A stretch of DNA of 64,000 nt from Stegostoma tigrinum. Its lineage: Eukaryota. Below, piece by piece: positions 51,545 to 63,587 of this stretch (position 1 is its first letter; each line of letters begins with the position of its first letter). Below the pieces are notes generated by a model. The model saw nothing but the letters and a program-made list of their open reading frames with translations, was not told the origin of the DNA and ran no database searches. The translations under genes were made by a program, and so were the position numbers. The DNA lies in the NCBI RefSeq assembly GCF_030684315.1, contig NC_081363.1, positions 49,170,312 through 49,234,311 on the forward strand, written 5' to 3'.

Positions 51545-51600
51545 GGTTTGTTCCCAGACATTTCATCACCATTCTAGGTAACATCAACAGTGAGCCTCCG
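51545..51600 (-). ncRNA. Type I hammerhead ribozyme motif (mutated copy) spanning the Penelope/Tx1 5' junction
   Basis: ggaggcuca-CUGUUGA-U-GUUACC(uagaau)GGUGAU-GAAA-UGUC^ugggaacaaaccuuc. The other TSD copy preserves GGUGAC-GAAA-CGUC. One core substitution (CUGA to CUGU) and two CpG-type transitions. Confidence 0.7.
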
Positions 51601-51895
51601 ACGAAGCACCGGTGTTACGTCCGGCTTTCTATTTATCTGTTTAGGTTTCCTTGGGTTGGTGATGCATTGATGATGTCATTTCCTGTTCTATTCCTCAGGG
51701 GATGGTAGATTGGCTCCAAATCAATGTGCTTGTTGATGGAGTTCCGGTTGGAATGCCACGCTTCTAGGAATTCTCGTGCAGGTCTCTGTTTGGCTTGTCT
51801 TAGGATGGATGTGTTGTCCCAATCAAAGTGGTGTCCTTCCTCATCTGTATGTAAGGATACGAGTGATAGTGGGTCATGTCGTTTTGTGGCTATGA
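51555..51895 (-). mobile_element. Penelope-like element, GIY-YIG C-terminus and 3' UTR
   Basis: ORF 51633-51914 ATKRHDPLSLVSLHTDEEGHHFDWDNTSIL..K..AREFLEAWHS..SINKHIDL.PIY is the typical end of a Penelope endonuclease. Confidence 0.88.
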
Positions 51896-52377
51896 TGGAC
51901 ATGTAACTGTACACAAAATGTCATGACAGATATGACCTAAAGAAGCAAACAATAACTAACCAATGGAATGTAGAGCCAGTATGAAGGGTAACATTTATAA
52001 AAGAATCATTCAATAATGTGAAAGAAGTTTGCGTGTCGCCATAAAACAAGCTGGGACAAAAAGTACAGTGCTAGTGTAGAGGACTTTGCTAGCTGCCTAA
52101 GAGGTTACACCAACTTATTGGTTTGGATTTTCTGTAAATATTGAATGTGGAATGTCAGCCTTTACTGTTTTCTAGAGTAAATCAGATGCAACTGACCACT
52201 GAACATTTTTGCATTGGCCTCCTCCCAGACTAGAGCAGTAAGCAATACCAATATCTCACGTCTCACAGTTACAGAAAGAGGTAACTGTTACACTTTTGTC
52301 CAGGGAGGGGAAAACCCTCTTTTCAAAGTGAAGCTGGCAAAGTATACATGTGGTTACATCAACCTTACAGACATTCT

Positions 52378-53075
52378 TGTGACGTAGGGTGACGATACTA
52401 TGCCTTTAAAAGGTGTATTTTGTCCTGTTTATTTCAAAAGAATTCTTGAGCCAGAGATGTTGAGCTGTCTCTTCCAAGCCAATAAAATAAACAGCGTGAG
52501 AGCCTCTGGGATCTTTTTAAAAAGTTAAAGCAATAGAAGCAGCATGAATCGGTAGAGTCAGGCTTCCACACAACCAAGGTTTTAGTTTAGTTTTCAGTTG
52601 TTGGGGTTTTGAAGTTCTTTGTGGAAGTTGCTGTACATCTCTCTTGGTTACAACAAAAAGCTTGTGTTTTCTCTCTCTCTTTCTCTTTCTGACTCCGTGA
52701 GAATTTTCTCTTGGAGAAACAATGCATGTGAGACAATCTATTTTGCTGAAATTGCCCTTGCCATGGGTGTTGCTATGGGATGTTACTTGAACAGTTGCTG
52801 TTTTGCAGTTAAATAATCTGTTATTCTGTTAAGTTTTCTAGTAGAGTTAAATTAGGCCTGAAATGTCAGCTTTCCTGCTCGTACTGCTGTGCTCATCCAG
52901 CTCCACACCTTGTTATCACCAATTCTTCTTTATTTTGTTTGTATTTTAATTGGGTGTTAGAATAAAGTTTGTTTTGCTGAGAAGTGTGACAAATTGAATT
53001 GCATCTGGAACACACAGCACCTTATACTTGCCTTTAAATAAGATAAAATTTAGGGTGTTAGCCGCACAAAGATAC
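52378..53075 (+). mobile_element. Probable solo LTR, with a small PLE fragment inserted at ~52855-52920
   Basis: Begins TGTGAC, contains a CT-rich tract and AATAAA (~52960); no internal domain adjacent. Confidence 0.45.
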
Positions 53076-53119
53076 GGTAATATGAAGAACCAGATTTTAA
53101 AAACTTGAAAGCAGTAAAG

Positions 53120-53350
53120 GGGTAAAGTTGCCATTGTCCTATCAGACCATAAGGTCATTGCCTCATTAGAGAGAGAGAGTGAGAGAGACACTGGTATTTT
53201 AACTTGTAGGCCACTATGCCTCAGACAAAGTGAGAGGTTGAGAAGCTATCATTTTTGAAGCCAACTTAATTGGTGCAGGAATTCAATCTCTGTCATGGAT
53301 GTCATTCTAAATAGCAAACCAGCTGTCCAGCCAACTCAGCTAACTGACCA
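53120..53350 (-). mobile_element. tRNA-derived SINE (third family)
   Basis: Minus strand head ggtcagttagctgagttggc (A box) ... gattgaattcc (B-box-like), a (TC)n tract and tail gactttacc-like. Confidence 0.6.
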
Positions 53351-54994
53351 TCACCCCCACCCCACCAAATGATCAATGACAGTTGTAGTCAATATGAAGA
53401 GTAGCCTTATAGTTCAGCTGCTGTTGGATACAAATTCATGTGTTACAGGCTTTCCCATCCAGTGGCATCACCACCAAGTCAGTATCTACGCTCTTGAAAG
53501 CAGTAAATAACTACAGAATAACCAGCAACACAATGTTAAGTTTTATTGAAGAATTTAATAGAGTCATACAATAATAGAGGTACAAAATCTGACAAATAAA
53601 ACGAATGCTGTACAGAGTCTACCAAATTCTATGTAATTCAATTTAAAATAGCATTAATGAGTACAAGAAAATTCAAGCAATATTATGTTACTACCAATTT
53701 AAAATAGCTTTACAGCAATATGATTAGTCAGTACACGGAGTAGAAACTGAAAAAAAAATCCCAGTAGATTCAACATCAAAAATTGTCTGTCCTGAACACA
53801 AGATAGAAATATTGCGAAGGTAACAACTCTTAATATGCAGCAGTGCCTTAAAATCAAACACTAAACACAAAAGTAGGACACAGTTGCAGAGCTTCAGGAA
53901 AGGAGGAGGTTACACAAACAAATACCTTAATGTAGTCTAGTAAACTAAAGTTAACATAGACACTTATAAGTAAAATTGATGATTCCAAAGATCCAGGCTT
54001 CACAGTACGTTTGTGTAAATCAATGCCTTAAAAACTTTAAGCTGGATACCAAAGCGAAGGTCACTATCCTATCAACCTGGTTTCCATTGCTGAAGAAGAG
54101 AAGCTACAGACTGCACATACGATAATACATGACATAAGTGGAATAACTGTCAAGAGCACACAGATATATGATAAGTCACACTGTAAAACAAGTAGCGTAA
54201 GAGGTTTGGAAATGTTTATATAGTTTGTAATCAACACTCTTACTTTTAAATCAAGATGCATGCTTAGGCCTCAACTTCCTTCAGAGAATTGAAACAGTTC
54301 AACAAACTCCAGAGAACCACAAGTTCTAAAGAAAACATTGTTAATTAGCTGCTTTGTAAATTCATGGCAGAATCCAAAAGTATAGGAAGAACCTGCTCAG
54401 ATCACATATGCTGGCAGAAAAGAAGTGAGGTGCCAAATTCAGCAGGAACAAGACACCAACCAAGATTGTTTTACCATTCACTGGTATTTTGTTGAATAAT
54501 CACCTTACCAGTTGTTCAGTTGGTCATCTACACTTACATTGATCAGCAACAGGATTTCATTATCACAGAAGCGTATAGCTAGTGCATGACAGAAGTCTAA
54601 TGATTCCAGCTTCCCTTGGGGAAGATATTTTGGAAAGGATGCACCTTACGACATTGTCAGTACACAACTTGCAGTTAGTCATTACTGTGGTGGCCAGAGA
54701 TTTCAGAAGAGATTGAAGTTCTCAGAATTCACCAAGATCTGTAATTATGCAGGATTGTCAAGTCTGGAAAACTCTCCTATTAATTGAAGGCAGTTCAAAA
54801 CCTAAAACTCAGCAAAGTTTGCGAGAAGCAGCAAACGCTGAGAGCAAGAATGAGCATCACAGCATACTTAAACCCACTCAGGAATTGAAAACTGTTCTGT
54901 TATCTAAAAAAATCAGCCTGGTGAACAAACTAATGCACCAATAGAACAGTTAATATCAATGGCAGGTTTAATGCTGTGTGAACTGTACCATTCA

Positions 54995-55205
54995 TCAATT
55001 TCCTTTAGGAAAGAAAATCTGCCTCTTTGCATTTATATAATGTAGATACATATTATATATACACACATATATCTTTGACTCCAGATCCACAGCAATATGA
55101 TTGGTTCTTGATTGCCCACTGAAATGGCGTAGCGATCCCCTATGTTCAAAGGGAATGAGAGATGGACAACAAATACCAGTCTTGCACCCAGAAAGCATGC
55201 AAAAA
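54995..55205 (+). mobile_element. 5'-truncated tRNA-SINE (family of 31869)
   Basis: tcctttaggaaagaaaatctgcc..tgactccagatccacagcaat..tggtt..gagatggacaacaaata. Confidence 0.6.
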
Positions 55206-55656
55206 TAGAAAGTAGCCAGTTTGAAATGTTAGTTTCTCACACCTGCACAGGTGTGCAGACTCTCAACATCATGCTCAGATACATGACATATGCAACCATT
55301 TAAATGGACAGTAAGTTAATAGGCATGACATTTGTGTGCTGCTTGCATTCGAAGCAATAGGCATTGGTTAACTGTGCTTAATAAATTCTGGCACCATTTT
55401 TTCATTTAACAAATTTGGCCCTCTGATATCTCTACTAAACAAAGTCCATGAAGACTTTTCAGGGCTCAGTCAGTGTAGCAAATGACAAGTTTCATTCCTT
55501 TGTAGTTCTCCACAAAATTTAAATCATTATATTTACGAAACATTTTAAAGCATAGACTGCTTGAGTGCTTGGACTCTTTAAATTTGCTCAAAGCTATCTG
55601 ATTCAATACCCAAAGCAAGGGAATAATTGATTGAAAATGTTTTTCTTCACTTACAG

Positions 55657-55719
55657 GAGTACAGCTTCAAGCAAATTCCCTCTTTATATCCCAACAGAGT
55701 TACTGGGACTTTCTGAATT
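55657..55719 (+). other. Candidate 63-nt orphan exon
   Basis: Acceptor ttttcttcacttacag and donor gtaagt; two frames open. Peptide not recognised. Confidence 0.2.
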
Positions 55720-57299
55720 GTAAGTATCCTTCAAATTTAAAATGGACCCAAATATACATGGTAACCTGTCAGGTATGTGTTATCTTTAAACTGCATACGT
55801 TAGTGATCAGATTCATTTTAATGAAAGTACAGATTCACAAAGTGTGTTTATAAAATGATAATCTATCAAAATATTGAAAATGATGTTGTTGTTTGCATCA
55901 ACTCTTTTTCTCAAGCAAATACTAGGAATGTACTTTTCTCCACTTATTGTGTCAATCATTTTATAGTAGTTCATAGGAATGGCATAATTTCAATAAGAAA
56001 TTGTAATGTTGTCATTTTTTACTATGTTAAATTCAGGAAATCCCACTTGAGTCTAATATCCAAAATCAGCGACCGGAACTAGTACAATATTCTTCTCTGG
56101 GTTGCACCAGAGAAATTTCTATTAACAAAATGATATTGTGTCTCATTCTTGATATTTTGAATGAAGAGCACCATAATCTTGCCAGCAAATATCAGCACTT
56201 ACTTTGGTAATTATTCTGAAATTAGTTTGAAGCCGTCAGAAATTGAAATTCGAGGGCAGACCAGCATCCATTCCCGAAAATAGATTTTGACACTTCTGCT
56301 TTGATGGCACTTCCACTGAAAGGTCTGAGTGGAAGAGCTACCTTTTAGAGATGATAGAAATCTGATGAAAAGTGATAGATCCCAGGAGCATTTTCCTATT
56401 GCCATTAAGTTAATTACATTCTCTTCATTTACTTTCATATGAAGCACTTCAGTTTATAACACTCCTGCTCTTCAACTGAGAGGAAAGCAATCTTATGAAT
56501 CACCTTTAGTCATTCTGCATCCACAATGAATAAAGCTGTTCTCTATAATACAACAGCACACAATTTTTTTTAAAAATGGAAACAGGATTTATTTTGAATT
56601 ATCATTGGTTAAATGCAGTGAATTTGCTTTCAATGGAATAGAATGCTAACCCTGCAGTTGTTTGGGGCAATAGTTTCCTTTGTAGAAATGCCACATTTGC
56701 TGCATTTTCTGTCTTACCTTTAGGAAGTTTGAAGTAGGATAAGATCAGTTCAGAAAATGGGAAAAGGAGAAGTGATGCTTGCTACCTTATTTCTATGCTG
56801 ATTTAAGGGTATTGAATACTTGAAAAATTTATTTTATGGAATTTGTTTCAGCTGGGTGGCAGTTACACTCATTCTTTGCCATGATTGGGTTTTTAGGCAC
56901 AATCGCTGTTTGTTTGGTAACATTGTATACAATGCTTTCTAATCAATATTTCTATACTTCTGCACATGCCCTAGCTTTTCTCAAATCAACAAATGGGTTT
57001 TCTGTCGATATATAGTTGTGAATTATTAGCTCTCATGTTAAGCTGTGTTTATATGACATCTTCATATTGGAAACAGTAGCAAAATAAAAAGATCCATGAT
57101 CCTCCCTAAATCTATAAAAGTTGCTACTTCAGTTGGAATGTATTTGAGATTCAAAAGCTCAGGCTGCTGAGGTCAAGAGGATGTTGGAACATTAGACTGA
57201 CAACAAAATGTTAATAACAACTGCATATGAGTTAAAGGGGCCTGAAAGAACTTTGCTGGAAGAACCTGAGTAACAAGCAGGAAACAGCAACACTGCAAA

Positions 57300-58581
57300 C
57301 TTAATGGCAGACAACAGGAGGGGCAGTGACTTAAACCAAATGATTCTGCTGTACTGACAATAATACTGTAGAACTATGAGGAGGAATATGTTCTGTAACT
57401 TAAATACTTACAAAGATAAAGCTACTGTTGTTGCGAGAAAAGAATTGGTCAAAGCTCATACTGACTGGGAAAGCAAAATACACTATCTTGTCACAGTAGA
57501 CCACTCTTCTGACTATTGGGAAGTAGGTCAGCTGACATCAATGGCCACCCGTTGAGACTGTCGAATGCCTAAAAAGGACATTTCGGCCATTGTGACCTTC
57601 CCAATGTTGTCACGAGTGACAATGGCCCTCAGTTGAGTGAAGAATTCAGTCACTTGCTGAAAGTTTGGGAAATTCTGCACCACACTGCTCCACTGTCCCC
57701 AGTGAAATGGCAAGGGTGAGACAGAAACAAAAATCACCAAAGGAATCATGAAGTCAGGCAAATCCAGCTCAGACGTATACGAGGCAATCCACGAGTGGAG
57801 AAACACACCGACTGAAAGCATGAAAAGTAATCCAATACAAAAACTAGTGTCACACCACACAAAAATACTGTTCCGACAGCAAAAATGTTGACCGAAACCA
57901 GAAATAGTAACAGACAAGAGGAAAAGAAAAATCAACACAAAATGGCTGAAACCCAAATTTTATTTCGTCAAGACTCCTAAGTCATTGCCAGAGTTTTTGA
58001 AAGAAAGTGGCAGTGGAGCAGTTGTCACTGCAATCATATGAAGTGGAAGTGAATGACCAGATATACTGTTGCAACTGCAAGTATGTATTCGCAAACACAA
58101 AGATTGCTCCTCTCCTGCAGGCAGCTGATCAGGGAGAAGGGAAATATATTCCATATACAGAACATACAACCATCAGACCAAAAGCTGCACAACAACAATA
58201 AATAACACAGGGATGACGCTCTTTGGTGAAGCAATATCACCTAGATAAACAACAACTGACAGCAAAATGCAGATGTACAATTAAGAGGACAGCACAATTT
58301 AAGGACTATACACAATGATTGCACAGAACGGATGGAAATAATTAATTGCTAAGGTATGAGAACAGTTGTGTATACAGTTCATAACTTAGGTAACGAAACA
58401 TGCATATGCCAATGTTTCATTTGTTTCAAGAGAGAGATGTTTGGATTGGAATAATAACGTACAAACGTCTATTCTAGTTTGACATGGTCATGCCATGTCT
58501 AACATGAGACATGTGCATCTTAAGCTTTACTTCAATAAAGTCCTCATGTTGAACAGACTGTTGTGTTGCACACTTGTAACA
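57300..58581 (+). mobile_element. Internally deleted Gypsy element: integrase, PPT and 3' LTR
   Basis: HYLVTVDHSSDYWEV..VVTSDNGPQ..PQ*NGKGE..YEAIHEWRNTPTE; polypurine tract aagagagaga, then TGT...ACA (58438-58581) containing AATAAA. Confidence 0.8.
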
Positions 58582-58649
58582 GTAAGAAAACCAAAACTGC
58601 ACACAGCAATTCAAATGCAGGCTCACTATGGACCAGAATTTACCTCAAA

Positions 58650-59990
58650 ACAAGCCATCATTATCCAAGCATAATGCCAACTGAAACATCTGTAGCATTG
58701 TCAAATATAAGCTCTGAGTGATGCAAGATATTTGGTTGCATCAGAAAACAGACAAATCTCAGCCATACAGAAACCACAAAGATTGGAAGAAATTCGACAA
58801 TGCTCTGAAATCAGTTTGCAGGTCCCATTGGTTCATTGCCAATCCTAAGTGCTGACCAGTCAACATTACTCACGGAAACAGCACCTCTTATAAAGAAGGT
58901 GAGCATAAAACTTCAACCTTTCTCAGCTGGTCTTCATCCATCAATAAAAAGCAATTGACCAACTACCATGGGGTGGGCTTTATCATCAACCTGAATTTTT
59001 GATAACCTTCCCACACTGTTGAGAATAAAAGTCCAATCAATTGCTGCCTAGCAGCAAAACTTCAGGTGCTGATACTTTTGAAGCTGAGATTCATATGACT
59101 GAAAACCAGCGTACGGTTAAGAAACTTACTGAACTCTTTCAGTTTGTATGGAAACAAGGAACCACTTCATGAGCATAAAAAGATGCTTTCAATATCCATC
59201 CACACAAGCACAAAGGAATTCACCTATCCTGTAACAGCCAGAGGATTCCTATTCCTTTCGATCACCTGCAAAATCCTTGCCAGTGTCTCTCTGAATTACT
59301 TTAGTCCAATATTTTCTCGAACAGAACTTGTTGCTGAGTCAGAGTCAGTGACATTTCAGAAAAGATTGGGGAACCACTGATATAGCTCCAGAAGAGCTGT
59401 CAAAACCAGAACATAGCCTTCTAAACCACCTGATCAAGACCTTTTACGCAACTAATTGTGAGAACTTATGGACGATAATGGAGAGATTTTTTTGCCGTAA
59501 AAAATTCAACACAGTGATTTTGCAGACCTGTAAAAGTAAATCCTCTGACCCATTCCCAGTCACGAATGGAGTTAAACAGGGCTGCATGCTAGCAATAAGT
59601 CTCTTCAGCATGTTTTTCTCAGCCAGCCACTTCAGGGTAGTGATCCTGGCATTGAAATCAGACAGACTGGAAGCTGCTTAATCTGACATAACTCCAGACA
59701 AACACCAATGTCTGTAAGATCCTGCTTCACAATCTGGCACAAAGTCAATAAAAAATGAAGTCCCTCTTTCAAAACCAGTCCATATCAGAGACAGAGAGAA
59801 TGCATGACAAAAGCAAATCCTGGGTCAGCAACTTGTCCAAAGCTCTATTATCTATGGTGCCTTGTCCTAAAAGTAGCAGAACCTTCCAGACCCAAATCGG
59901 ACTGAGCACTCACCTATGTATCCACCAAAACCCTTCGGCCACACAGGCAAGGTGGTCATTAGAGGGCGAACAAGGACAAAAAGAGAAACA
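58650..59990 (+). mobile_element. Decayed RTE-clade LINE
   Basis: RGFLFLSITCKILA, SDPFPVTNGVKQGCMLA.SLFSMFF and a C-terminal CPKSSRTFQTQIGLSTHLCIH zinc-finger-like motif. Confidence 0.8.
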
Positions 59991-60594
59991 AAACTGCAGT
60001 TAACTATGATGTACCATCCTTTACACATCAGTAAATATTTAACAAACTTCCGTACATTGTATTAAATATTAGTCTCATGATGTGAACGTTTACTCTATTC
60101 ATTATTACTGCTAATGTGTATAAAAACACAAGTGAATCTATAAATATCCATTCAGCTTTCAGACTTGCCTGTTTACACAAGAAAACCTGAGAATCAGGAA
60201 AGCAATTCTTAAGAAATGTTTGGTGAAAATGAACTGTTAACATGACTGATATCTGTCACAGTAACGCAGAGTAGTGAACATCAACAAATTTATGTTTACA
60301 GTAATGCTAATCCTAACCACCTGCTCAAATATCACCAGAAACAATTTCATCATATTTATAATGCATCAGTGCTTTCAATCCAGAATCTTTGTCTCTTATA
60401 TGCACAGCTGCTTCAGTAAGTGTTTCTGCCATCTGTATACAGAGGACAAGACTATTTCTAATTGTATTTAATAAATTACAATTTATAACATACCTCAAAA
60501 AATCAATACCAAGAAACATTTCCAGTTATTTGCACCTCATCAGGTCAAAATATTTTGAAGCATTTTGGACAATTAATGACACAAATAAAGCAGT

Positions 60595-61070
60595 CATCGC
60601 CTCAAGCTGTTCCGCTATTCAATGAGATTATGGCTGCCCTGTGACCTAAATCCACACACGTGCTTTCCCCCATATCCTTTAATACCTTTGGTTAACAAAA
60701 ATCCACCAACCTCAAATTGAAAATTAACAATTTATTGAGTATTATTTGCCATTTTCATAGAGTGCTACAAATGTCTTTCACCCTTGTGTGTAATACTCTT
60801 TCTCAATTCCCCTCCGAATAGATCTAACATTTTTTTTCTGTTTTGTCCCTTACATCTAGATTCTTTAACCAGTGGAAGTAGGATCGATGCGCAAAAACTG
60901 TTTCCTTTAAAGACTTAAACTTCAGTCATCCAACCAATTAATATTCTAAATTCTAGCAAATGTAAAATGAGTTTTCATACTCTCTCCTCATAATTTAACC
61001 TTTGGAGTTCAAGTATCATACTAGTATACCTATGCTGCTATCCCTCCAAACACAATATAAACTCCCATAG
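60595..61070 (-). mobile_element. Old CR1 3' fragment
   Basis: ctgttccgctattcaatgagattatggctg..ccccatatcctttaatacctt resembles the reverse strand of CR1 3' UTRs. Confidence 0.55.
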
Positions 61071-61573
61071 ATTTGGTACCCTCTGCTTCTCATTACTACA
61101 TGAGTAGAATTTTGTGGAGCCTAATTAGGTATGTGTAGGGTGGAGAGAGGGGCAGGGGCTTGTGTTTGTTGCTGAGAGCATCTGTAAAATTCTGTGTGTG
61201 TTTTTTTTGCCTCCATGAGTTAGTGGGAAGAGAGCAAAGACTTATATCATTGAGGCACTTAAATGGTCAACTCAAGGTCACTCTGGGTGCATGCCTTGCC
61301 CAGGATTAAAATTTTCACTGGTCAAAAGAAGTTAGCAACAGGCAGGAAGCTTGTCAAATCTGAAAACTAAGTATCTGTATTACATTGTTCATTTAAAACT
61401 TAGTCTTCTTCCCAAGATGAATCACACTTTATTTTCATGTTAAAACTGCATTTCAGTTGATCTTCTGTTCAATCTGTAGTGACCTCCTGAAGTATTTCCT
61501 TTTCACTGTTAACCATGCTCCTTATTTGTTTTGACTACAAATTTTAAGTTTGCACCTCTCCTAAATTGAGTCC

Positions 61574-62987
61574 AGGATAGCAAATGTTGTTCCCCTGTTC
61601 AAGAGGGGAGTAGAGACAACCCTGGTAATTATAAACCAGTGAGCCTTACCTCAGTTGTTGGTAAAGTGTTGGAAAAGGTTATAAGAGATAGGATTTATAA
61701 TCATCTAGAAAAGAATAAATTGATTAGGGATAGCCAGCACGGTTTTGTGAAGGGAAGGTCGTGCCTCACAAACGTTATTGAGTTCTTTGAGAAGGTGACC
61801 AAACAGGTAGATGAGAGTAAACCGGTTGATGTGGTATATATGGATTTCAGCAAGGCGTTTGATAAGGTTCCCCACAATAGGCTATTGTACAAAATGCGGA
61901 GGAATGGGATTCGGGAGATATAGCAGTTTGGATCGGAAATTGGCTTGCTGAAAGAAGACAGAGGGTGGTAGTTGATGGGAAATGTTCATCCTGGAGACCA
62001 GTTACTAGTGGTGTACCACAAGGGTCGGTGTTGGGTCCACTGTTGTTTGTCATTTTTATAAATGACCTGGATGAGGGCGTAGAGGGATGGGTTAGTAAAT
62101 TTGCAGACGACACTAAGGTCGGTGGAGTTGTGGATAGTGATGAAGGATGCTGTAGGTTGCAGAGAGACATAGATAAGCTGCAGAGCTGGGTTGAGAGGTG
62201 GCAAATGGAGTTTAATGCAGATAAGTGTGAGGTGATGCACTTTGGTAGGAGTAACCGGAAGGCAAAGTACAGGGCTAATGGTAAGATTCTTAGCAGTGTA
62301 GATGAGCAGAGAGATCTCGGTGTCCACGTACACAGATCCTTGAAAGTTGCCACCCAGATTGACAGGGCTGATAAGAAGGCATACAGTGTTTTAGCTTTTA
62401 TTAATAGAGGGATCGAGTTCCGGAACCAAGAGGTTATGCTGTAGCTGTACAAAACTCTGGTGCAGCCGCACCTGGAGTATTGTGTGCAGTTCTGGTCACC
62501 GCATTATAAGAAGGATGTGGAAGCTTTGGAAAGGGTGCAGAGGAGATTTACTAGGATGTTGCCTGGTATGGAGGGACGGTCTTATGAGGAAAGGCTGAGG
62601 GACTTGAGGCTGTTTTCATTAGAGAGAAGAAGGTTGAGAGGTGACTTAATTGAAACATATAAAATAATCAGAGGGTTAGATAGCGTGGATAGGGAGAGCC
62701 TTTTTCCTAGGATGGTGACGGCGAGCACGAGGGGGCATAGCTTTAAATTGAGGGATGAAAGATATAGGACAGATGTCAGAGGTAGTTTCTTTACTCGGAG
62801 GATAGTAAGGGAATGGAACGCTTTGCCTGCAACGGTAGTAGATTCGCCAACTTTAGGTACATTTAAGTCGTCATTGGACAAGCATATGGACATACATGGA
62901 ACAGTGTAGGTTAGATGGGCTTGAGATCGGTAGGACAGGTTGGCACAACATCGAGGGCTGAAGGGCCTGTACTGTGCTGTAATGTTC
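61574..62987 (+). mobile_element. Young 5'-truncated CR1 LINE (RT to 3' UTR)
   Basis: SLTSVVGK..QHGF.KGRSCLTN..DFSKAFDKVPH, SGVPQGSVLGP..FADDTK..WNALP. One frameshift (~61915) and one nonsense codon (62442-62444). Confidence 0.96.
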
Positions 62988-63224
62988 GAAGGAAACAGAT
63001 CCAAACACTCTTTCTAGCAACTGATCTAAACTCCTCCCTTAACCAAAGCAATAAAAGATGAGTTGCAGAGAAACTCAGCATTCTAGCATCAGAAACAGAA
63101 TTAACATTTTCAGTCTAATTTTCCTTTGGAACTGAGAAATGGAAAAGTGATGAGTTTTCTGCTATTGAGAAAGGTGGAGAGAACAAGTTGGATTACCTGG
63201 TAAGGCCAGGGGAAGGTGAAAGAT

Positions 63225-63587
63225 TTTTTTAAAAATTCATTCACAGTAAGAGGGTGTCGCTGACCAGGCAGCATTTATTGCCCATCCCTAATTGCCCAGA
63301 GGGCAGTTCACAGTCAACCACATTGCTGTGGGCCTGGAGTCACATGTAGGCCAGACCAGGTGAGGATGGCAGTTTCTTTCTCTAAAAGGACAAAAGTGAA
63401 CCAGATGGGTTTTACCTGACAATTGACAATGTGTTCATGGACGTCATTAGATTCTCAATTCCAGATATTTTATTGAATTCAAATACCACCATCTGCCATG
63501 GCATGATTTGACCTCAGGCCCCCAGAATGTTATCTGGCTCTCTGGATTAACAGTCCAGCAATAATGCCACAAGGCCATTGCATCCCC
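63225..63587 (-). mobile_element. tRNA-derived SINE (family of 31869)
   Basis: Reverse-complement homolog of 31869-32205, with head ggggatgcaatggccttgtggc and the LINE-shared tail. Confidence 0.85.

Larger units (their letters stand above)
46222..51554 (-). mobile_element. Near full-length Tx1-clade (L1-like) non-LTR retrotransposon
   Basis: 5' UTR, zinc-knuckle ORF1, APE-RT-CCHC ORF2, AATAAA (46246-46251) and an A tail (46222-46229). 16-bp TSD at 46206-46221 / 51555-51570. GC- and CpG-rich relative to the flanks. Confidence 0.93.

Noticed and set aside
46164-51570. Treating the whole 58-bp duplication around Tx1 as one long TSD
   Set aside because: The 16-bp part differs only by two CpG-type transitions while the 42-bp part has 11 mismatches, which does not fit a single recent duplication.
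54490-54745. Possible minus-strand exon with gtaagg donors
   Set aside because: All three frames after the best acceptor contain stops, and the remaining open stretch gives no recognisable peptide.
61847-63004. 201-aa and 140-aa minus-strand ORFs
   Set aside because: Antisense shadows of CR1 ORF2.
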